A DNA stretch of 64,000 nucleotides from an uncultured Thermoplasmata archaeon. GTDB lineage: Archaea; Thermoplasmatota; Thermoplasmata; UBA10834. The notes under the pieces were generated by a model, which was not told the DNA's origin, did no database searches, and saw nothing but the letters and a program-made list of their open reading frames with translations. Numbering within the stretch: position 1 is the first letter of the stretch; every line of letters begins with the position of its first letter. This document shows, in pieces, positions 58,501 to 64,000 of the stretch. A program made the translations under genes and the position numbers. The stretch spans positions 32,001-96,000 of the forward strand of contig CAVRDX010000003.1 of NCBI GenBank assembly GCA_963719945.1. The letters run 5' to 3'.

Positions 58501-59442
58501 ATCGCATATTCCGGGTTCCTGGACCGCCGCCTTGTAGACATTGACACTGGCTCCATCACCCAGTTTTCCATCGAAGGATGGCACATCGCCAGTGAGAACG
58601 ACGAAATCCTCATCTCCACTGTTGACGGCCGAGCACAATGCATCCGTGGATGTGTATACGGTATACAATATTCCGTCAATGTTGACGGTACGTTCTGCAC
58701 CGTAATCTGTCGATCCGTGGTAGTTATCAGCCCTCAAGAATCTGTACCATGACCCCTTGTAGTAGTCATCGAAGATGAACGGTCCGCTGCCGACGATATC
58801 CTCAGGATCCATCGAAGCAAGCGCATTGGGGTAGGTCTCCCAGATGTACTTGGGAACGATTGGCAGGGATGCGATATCATCAATCAAGGTCGCCTTCTCG
58901 TAAGGTGTGTCCATGGCGAACATGAACATGTCCCCAGTTTCATTCGGATCATATCTTATGTTGTCTACTTCGAGTAGGTACCAGTCAAAAGCTCCTCCGG
59001 AGTTGTCTTTCATGGTCTGGAACGAGAATGCGACATCCTCTGCGGTCAACTGGTGGGATTTGTCGCCTGGGTTGGCCGCGTTCCTGAAGTATGCATTTTC
59101 TGTGATGCTGATGTATGTCGTCATCACGCCCGTATCTTCATTGATCTCTTGGTAGAGGCCAGTCGCCAAGTCCGGGATAGGTCCGTTCCAATCCTGGTCG
59201 TACGTGAAAAGCGCACTGTACATCAGATAGCAGACGACGTAATCTTCTACCATCTCCATGGCCAGTGGATTCCAGTTGACGACTTCGCTCAACCATCCTA
59301 CTCTAACAATACCATCTCCATCGGCCGCACTCGCTTTGCCGGCCGCAGGAGACCCGGTGAGTAGCACTGACATGGCTGACACGGCCAGTACCATCACTAT
59401 CATAATCGCTAGCACACGTATAGCTTTTAGACTCATTTTCAT
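55594..59442 (-). CDS. Family-5 ABC substrate-binding protein with about 6 PKD-like repeats and C-terminal TM anchor
   Basis: Signal peptide; PDLA, LTAEDVAFS, GSGPF, L.D..VRKAI; repeated (W/F)(D/E)WGDG...H.(Y/W)...G.YTVTV...D modules; TM plus KRKKK. Confidence 0.9.
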   Translation of the reverse strand: MKMSLKAIRVLAIMIVMVLAVSAMSVLLTGSPAAGKASAADGDGIVRVGWLSEVVNWNPLAMEMVEDYVVCYLMYSALFTYDQDWNGPIPDLATGLYQEINEDTGVMTTYISITENAYFRNAANPGDKSHQLTAEDVAFSFQTMKDNSGGAFDWYLLEVDNIRYDPNETGDMFMFAMDTPYEKATLIDDIASLPIVPKYIWETYPNALASMDPEDIVGSGPFIFDDYYKGSWYRFLRADNYHGSTDYGAERTVNIDGILYTVYTSTDALCSAVNSGDEDFVVLTGDVPSFDGKLGDGASVNVYKAAVQEPGICDIAINAIPASFQKGSYGVHHVALNDPNVRKAIMMTLDKDSIVNGPLKGYAQKGSSVVQPGFWQATIENQVSFDTAEAREWLMDHGWSANADGDAYLEAEAGNLYGVPAGTELSGIRCQAPDTDPTYGAITEMWQGWALEAGIGFTSSTESEITMINIAWYKADYDIWVWHWGWGPEPIGGALSCWLTSEIEGGGDNCQMPMGEWWYDNVNYTDAPAEWELTGAWSSYDQNISEAMTTLDKDARKLIVDKLQQMVYDSYCENPPYYDLGLYGYTDANFDNWGDVSGHSGLNVASDLLWIWFNVKEVTNRAPVFNTVPDDSYLTFTSDGENLEIIVGVSDSEGDPLDVVFEWGDGNEDPPQSILDATTETSVSSSHHYSIEGVYQLNVTVTDNYVDPVTGLRDPIVRSATVEVQGVVNQAPDIISLVSTPSSSQYVDEITTWTVTATDVESWPNGAKVTWDWGDGTYDVNEPTPVGTQVTDTATHAWTSVGTYTVTVWVYENYGLETGSLNVSTDREYTIKVNQPPTEPAIQAMNGIPGSAVTCKASSSDVDPDTLKFTWEWDDGTYTVQSLTPSSVGATVTSTVSHTWDVVGNYTVNVYVDDGNDHNETASRVAVIAEGNVAPGSFELVLTPYPTYIDVATTFNASASDANEDVLVLTIDFGDESDLLSATTAGGTTETQYAEFEHTYVAEGTYTVTVYAYDGEYNESAEFTVEVVPNVAPVLEVQSTFSALYDVERSYQPVSLTDEEDDTITVWYDWGDGSAWTMGGDVDEAYAAVHTYMATGTFTLTVYADDGMGNNVSDVATVTVSEANQRTGISLKADLYEITTGGSVMFTVNVSDLEKDNVTIAISYGDGTTGTANVKFGTTSYFVVFFNHTFEESGTFVVNATADDGQSHSNTTLKMDTKTITVNKKGISLALIGGIAIAVIAAIVAAVLLMKRKKKGGSADGMESVSGMEGMALAEEPPPPQA

Positions 59443-59761
59443 ACAAACAGTCCCCTTGCTGTCTTACTGTTCCCCAATACGTTTGATAGGGGTAAACACC
59501 ATTATCTGGCCCCCCATATCGCGGGGATTAGACTTGATGCTATATAAATGATTTGCGTGCGGGCGCGTCGTGGCTGAACATTGTCTAAATGATACTGCAC
59601 ACATCGGGTCATCACGATGTCTATTGGGGGTTTCGGAGATGCCTCGGTAGTTGGATGCTGGGTAGCATCTGATGATGAAAGTCTGCGGCGGAGAGTTTTC
59701 TACCTGTTCGAATAAAATACAATCCCTGCGGAATTCGTACGAGTCGTCGGATATTTTACAT

Positions 59762-61171
59762 CTATACACGCTTCGACGAAATCTCGAAGTATTTCCAAAA
59801 CACCGTTATAACACTCTTCTCGAAATCCTTCATTCCCTTTACGACCGCGAACTCGTTAGGTGCATGAGCTCGTCCACCATGTCCTAGTCCAGCACAGGTC
59901 CACGGAACCCCCAGGACCTGATCGAAGAGATAGTACGGTGCCGATCCGGCATGCATCGGCCACACCTCCGGCTCCTTTCCATGATATCTCATCGTCTCGA
60001 CGCACGCTCTGGAGACATCGGCGGTCGGTGATACTTTCGACCAAGGATAGTCCTCATAGTTCCTCATCTTGATGTCCGTGAACCCTCTCCTCTTCAGATG
60101 TCCCATGACCTTCGCCCTGGTCTTCTCGATGGTCATGTCCGGGACTATCCTGATGTCGATCTTAGCCTTGGCCCTCGGCGGCAGCACCGTCTTCGTGCCA
60201 TCCTCGGTGAACCCTGCGAGTAGCCCGTCTATGTTGACCGAGGGTTCGAACAGATACTTCCTGAGCATATCCTCCTTGCTGCCATCGGCCTTGAATTTGC
60301 TCGCTCCCAGATCCTTCATGTATGCATCAGGATCGAACTTCTTCGCGAGCTCCTTGACCAGCTCCAGATCCTCGGAACTCGGAGAACGCACGTCATCCCA
60401 TAATCCGTCGATCGTAGGCTGCTGATTCTCGTCGACCATGGTCGATATGGCATGCACGAGCCTCCACACGGGGCTGTGTATCCACACGGCCTCGCTACTG
60501 TGTACCTCGCCTTCCATGGGACCCCCTGTCTGCTTCGTCCCTTCGGCCTCGAGGTCGAAATATACGCACCCCTTCATCCCGAAGGCTATCACTGGAACCC
60601 CGTCAGCATTCTCGCCATAATCGAAGGTGAACGCTGTGTCGGCCTTCGACAGCTTCCCCTTGTTCTTATTCACGTATTTAGGTAGGCTGAGTCCGCCCAG
60701 TTCTTCCTCGCCTTCTATAAGGAAATGAACGTTCATGGGCATCTCATCATTGTCCACCATCGTTCGGATGGCAAGGAGGGACCCAGCGAGCGCACCCTTT
60801 GAATTGGCGACTCCTCGATTCACTAGAATTTCCCCGTAGGGTTTCTTCCGGACTATAGTCGCCCCGAACGGTGGGTGATCCCATTCTTTGATGTCTCCCA
60901 CAGGCATGACATCGTACATTCCGTACACGAGAGCGGTCTTCTCTGACCCCACATCGAGATATCCCGTGACCAGTGGGTGGCTCTTCTTCCCCGCCCTGAA
61001 AAACTTCGGTTCGGCGCCGAGTTTCGAGATCATATCTCCTACAGCGTGAGCGCTTTCTTCGATCCCCTCACCTGTCATCGAGACGCTCGGTATCTGCAAC
61101 AATCTCCTTGTCTCGCTCAGATGCTGGTCCCAGGACTTGTCTATCTTGCCGTGAAGTTTCTTCAGAGTCAT
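59762..61171 (-). CDS. M20 family metallopeptidase/deacylase
   Basis: YGMYDVMP, W..PPF, RG..NSKG, EGEEE, AHAPNE. Confidence 0.9.
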   Translation of the reverse strand: MTLKKLHGKIDKSWDQHLSETRRLLQIPSVSMTGEGIEESAHAVGDMISKLGAEPKFFRAGKKSHPLVTGYLDVGSEKTALVYGMYDVMPVGDIKEWDHPPFGATIVRKKPYGEILVNRGVANSKGALAGSLLAIRTMVDNDEMPMNVHFLIEGEEELGGLSLPKYVNKNKGKLSKADTAFTFDYGENADGVPVIAFGMKGCVYFDLEAEGTKQTGGPMEGEVHSSEAVWIHSPVWRLVHAISTMVDENQQPTIDGLWDDVRSPSSEDLELVKELAKKFDPDAYMKDLGASKFKADGSKEDMLRKYLFEPSVNIDGLLAGFTEDGTKTVLPPRAKAKIDIRIVPDMTIEKTRAKVMGHLKRRGFTDIKMRNYEDYPWSKVSPTADVSRACVETMRYHGKEPEVWPMHAGSAPYYLFDQVLGVPWTCAGLGHGGRAHAPNEFAVVKGMKDFEKSVITVFWKYFEISSKRV

Positions 61172-61215
61172 CGACCCAACTCCCCCAGGACGGAGTATAT
61201 GCTGCAATGTCCGTT

Positions 61216-61356
61216 TCAGTTGCCCAGGAACCTTGGCTTGGACGCCCTCTCGTTCTTGGCTATCTGCTGGACGGGTCCGTTGTGACACTTCACCGCGCTC
61301 TGCTCATCAGAATAAACCTTGCCGCATGTGAAGCACTTATACATGGTCTGAGTCAT
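61216..61356 (-). CDS. Small zinc-finger-like protein (46 aa)
   Basis: YKCFTCGKVY.....A..CH motif. Confidence 0.65.
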   Translation of the reverse strand: MTQTMYKCFTCGKVYSDEQSAVKCHNGPVQQIAKNERASKPRFLGN

Positions 61357-61438
61357 GTGGGCATCTCCTAGACTGGTCTCCGTGTCCTGCTGCTTCCGCA
61401 TCAGCGACATGGATAATTAATCTTGTCAGTTACAGCCA

Positions 61439-61708
61439 TCAGGATAGATGCTTCGCCAGGGCGTTCCTCGCCTCGGCCGTGAGTTCTGCATCCTGTTTCC
61501 CCAGGGTCTCCTCTAGAGTGGCCAATGTGACCGGGGCTTTCAAGAATACAGGGATGTAGCTCGTGGTCGTGTCGATTACGAGTACCGCCACTAACTCGTT
61601 CTCTTCCAGCTTCCTTTCTTCGATCATAGCCTTGAACTCGACGAAAGGTCGGATGTCCGGAGGTACATTCTTCACCTCCGTGATGGTCACAAGGTTAGCT
61701 TTGTACAT
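61439..61708 (-). CDS. DUF749-like protein
   Basis: MYKANLV...P.DIRPFVEFKA..E.R.L...E.VA...TTSY.PVFL; directly downstream of hdrB. Confidence 0.7.
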   Translation of the reverse strand: MYKANLVTITEVKNVPPDIRPFVEFKAMIEERKLEENELVAVLVIDTTTSYIPVFLKAPVTLATLEETLGKQDAELTAEARNALAKHLS

Positions 61709-61728
61709 CTCCGGACACCTCATGGTTT

Positions 61729-62580
61729 CTACAGGTTTACCTTGGTCTGGTGCACTTCCAGTCCGAGTTTCTCCTTGTCCATGCCGAAAGCAAGTCCCAG
61801 GAGCTGTGACAGGTGCAGCACCGGCGTGTGGTATTCCTTCAGCTGCATCTGACCGACATCGTACTGTAGGTGACAGAACGGACAGCAATCGACGATGACT
61901 TCCGCTCCAGCGGCCTTCATGTTGTCGAGGTTCTCTTTAGTCATCTTGAGTGCGACATCAGGTGTCCTCGCCCTGACTCCGCCGCCTGCTCCGCAACAGG
62001 TGCCCTTGTCCTTGTATGGGACGCTCGTCATGCCCGCGGCCTCGACTATATCGTCGAACACATGAGGTCTTTCCGCGTCATCGATCTTCTTGATGTTGCT
62101 CGGCTTCAGGAAGTGGCAGCCATAGTGGACGGCGGCCTTGAGGTTCCTCCCTCCCTTCACCTTCGCTCTTACAGCCTCGACGCCGATGTCTTTGTAGATG
62201 AGTTCGACGAAGTGCCTGACGTTCACAGTGCCGTTGTATTCCATGCCCGTCGCGTCCTTCAATATCTTGTTGACCTTCTTGCGGAGCTCAGGGTCGTGGT
62301 TGAGCTTGTGTGCGACCTCGAACAGCGTGTCGAAGCATCCGTTGCAGATGGTGAGCACGTCCATGCCCATCCTCTCGGCTATCGCGAGGTTCCTGGCACC
62401 GACGCTCATCCAATACATCTGGTCGAACGACCTCATGACACCGGGAGCTGGGCAGCAGCTGGCCCCTTTCATATCCTCGAGTTCTACGCCCAATGATTCC
62501 AAGACCTGTCTCGTGGAGCTCTCTATCCCGGGATATCTGAGCGGCATGATGCATCCCAGGAAGAATGCGTACTTCGCCAT
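61729..62580 (-). CDS. hdrB: CoB-CoM heterodisulfide reductase subunit B
   Basis: FLGCIMP.RYPGIE, CCPAPG, C.GC, HYGCH, CCGAGGGVR, CPFCHLQYD (two CCG domains). Confidence 0.94.
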   Translation of the reverse strand: MAKYAFFLGCIMPLRYPGIESSTRQVLESLGVELEDMKGASCCPAPGVMRSFDQMYWMSVGARNLAIAERMGMDVLTICNGCFDTLFEVAHKLNHDPELRKKVNKILKDATGMEYNGTVNVRHFVELIYKDIGVEAVRAKVKGGRNLKAAVHYGCHFLKPSNIKKIDDAERPHVFDDIVEAAGMTSVPYKDKGTCCGAGGGVRARTPDVALKMTKENLDNMKAAGAEVIVDCCPFCHLQYDVGQMQLKEYHTPVLHLSQLLGLAFGMDKEKLGLEVHQTKVNL

Positions 62581-62581
62581 T

Positions 62582-63103
62582 TCACTTGCCTCCTGTCACT
62601 AGCTTGTCGAATCCGCACAGCGCGCTGATCTTCTTCACTTCCTCCAGAGCCTTTGGGTCGGAGAAGACCGTCGGTGGGGTCTCGAGAAGCCCGAGTTTCT
62701 TTCTCAATGCCTTGTCCTCGTCCCTGAGGGACACTAGGTGGCCTGTCTTCGATATCAGTTCCGCGACCTTCCTGTGCGGCTCTGCCATGTATCCCTTCCT
62801 GACGGCCATGTTCCTGAGGGCCATTATGATATCGACGATCTCGACACCCCTTGGGCACCTCTCATAGCACGTGAAACAGGTAGTGCAAAGCCAGAGATCA
62901 TCGGATGGCAATACATCCTCCTCGAATCCCAGCTGCGCCCTCCTGACGACCTTCCTCACCCTGAAGGCGGTCTGCCTTCCGGATGGGCAGCTGCCAGTGC
63001 AGGTGCCGCATTGGAAACAGAGATTGACTGTCTTGCCTCCCGCTTCTATTACCTTACGTGTGAATTCCGGATTGGGTTCCTTAGCTTCCGCCAAAAGACT
63101 CAC
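62582..63103 (-). CDS. hdrC: Heterodisulfide reductase subunit C
   Basis: CFQCGTCTGSCPSG, LW.CTTCFTCYERCPRGV. Confidence 0.94.
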   Translation of the reverse strand: MSLLAEAKEPNPEFTRKVIEAGGKTVNLCFQCGTCTGSCPSGRQTAFRVRKVVRRAQLGFEEDVLPSDDLWLCTTCFTCYERCPRGVEIVDIIMALRNMAVRKGYMAEPHRKVAELISKTGHLVSLRDEDKALRKKLGLLETPPTVFSDPKALEEVKKISALCGFDKLVTGGK

Positions 63104-63158
63104 CGGGCGAGGAACCGATGCCGCCGTATATGAGGGTTTTGCTGAAATGGGTCATGCA

Positions 63159-63980
63159 TTATCCTTTGGGATAAAGCCCTGCTCTCCTGGCCTCATCGAT
63201 GAACGCGGCGACATCCGCATGGTCCGAGAACGGGATCGCCATGATCGAATGAATCGACCATCTCTGCTCGGTCGCATCCTCCGCCTTCACTATGCCTCTC
63301 CTGACTAGACTCCGGTTGACGAAGTAGCTCAGTTCGGTATAGTCGAGCATCGCGGGCTCGAATACCTTGAAGACGACTTGGTGTTCGACCTTCTTCTCTT
63401 CCAGATGTCGGAACCCCAACCTCTGCGCTCCGAACGCCAGATTCAGGTATCTCGGACCGGAATCTCTGTGCAGGAGCAGATCGCTGCCAACCTCAGTCCC
63501 AACGACCTCCTGGGACCGCTCCATTGCGAAGAGCGCATCGTCCAGGACCATGCAGTCCATGATTCCCTGATCCGCCATCCTCAGATTCTCATCGTCGGTC
63601 GAGATCCATATGCTGCAATCGATCCCCTTCTTCGAGAGCGCCGTGGCGGCGGTCAGGAGGCAGCTCTCCGAAACGAGGGTGCCTGCGACCTTTAGCTGCG
63701 GTTGGTCGTCGAGCCTCTTCTCATACGATGCGAATCTGTCGATGAGTTCCATGCCTTGAACTGTCAGTTTCGATCCTTTACTGTTCGATTCGACGAGCGA
63801 TACCCCGATCTTCGCTTCCACTTCTCTGATATACTTATACAATACAGGTGTCGATATCCCCAACTCTTCCGCGGCCTTCTTCATGCTGCCCCTTCTCTTC
63901 AGGGCGGATAACGCTACCAATTGTCTATGGGTGATGTTCTCGCCATCGACCACCAATGCTGCGCGCGCTCGCACATTCAT
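63159..63980 (-). CDS. LysR/ModE-type HTH transcription regulator
   Basis: GSMKKAAEELGIS.P.L..YI...E...G..LV.S...GS.LT..G. Confidence 0.8.
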   Translation of the reverse strand: MNVRARAALVVDGENITHRQLVALSALKRRGSMKKAAEELGISTPVLYKYIREVEAKIGVSLVESNSKGSKLTVQGMELIDRFASYEKRLDDQPQLKVAGTLVSESCLLTAATALSKKGIDCSIWISTDDENLRMADQGIMDCMVLDDALFAMERSQEVVGTEVGSDLLLHRDSGPRYLNLAFGAQRLGFRHLEEKKVEHQVVFKVFEPAMLDYTELSYFVNRSLVRRGIVKAEDATEQRWSIHSIMAIPFSDHADVAAFIDEARRAGLYPKG

Positions 63981-64000
63981 GGCTCATCTCCTCCTTCTGA

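Overview
Archaeal chromosomal window, most likely Thermoplasmatota. This is inferred from eL37, eS1/S3Ae, an Sm-like gene, an intron-containing tRNA-Met, an archaellum locus, HdrBC and PKD-extended surface proteins. Housekeeping and metabolic content: complete trp operon (trpE-G-[D-C fusion]-F-B-A) with a candidate Trp-containing leader peptide, purF, pyrC, AOR plus ferredoxin, hdrCB, peptide ABC transporter, several peptidases, a wHTH-STAND-TPR protein and two tRNAs. The centre (about 24.5-43.8 kb) is an atypical archaellum locus: three archaellins each with its own putative promoter (one carrying Fn3-like inserts), a beta-propeller-containing ArlF, two ArlI ATPases, two ArlD/E-type genes and two divergent wHTH regulators. 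The most striking signal is non-coding. The ~350-nt, densely hairpinned region upstream of the operon-leading archaellin is reverse-complementary to the upstream regions of the other two archaellin genes. One match is a perfect 28-mer directly followed by a segment complementary to the first gene's Shine-Dalgarno site. This suggests an RNA-RNA switch among archaellin mRNAs, with DNA inversion as the alternative reading. A shared TGA-N3-TCA box marks promoters across the locus. No CRISPR array, integrase or transposase was seen. All calls are by eye; no database searches or folding computations were run.
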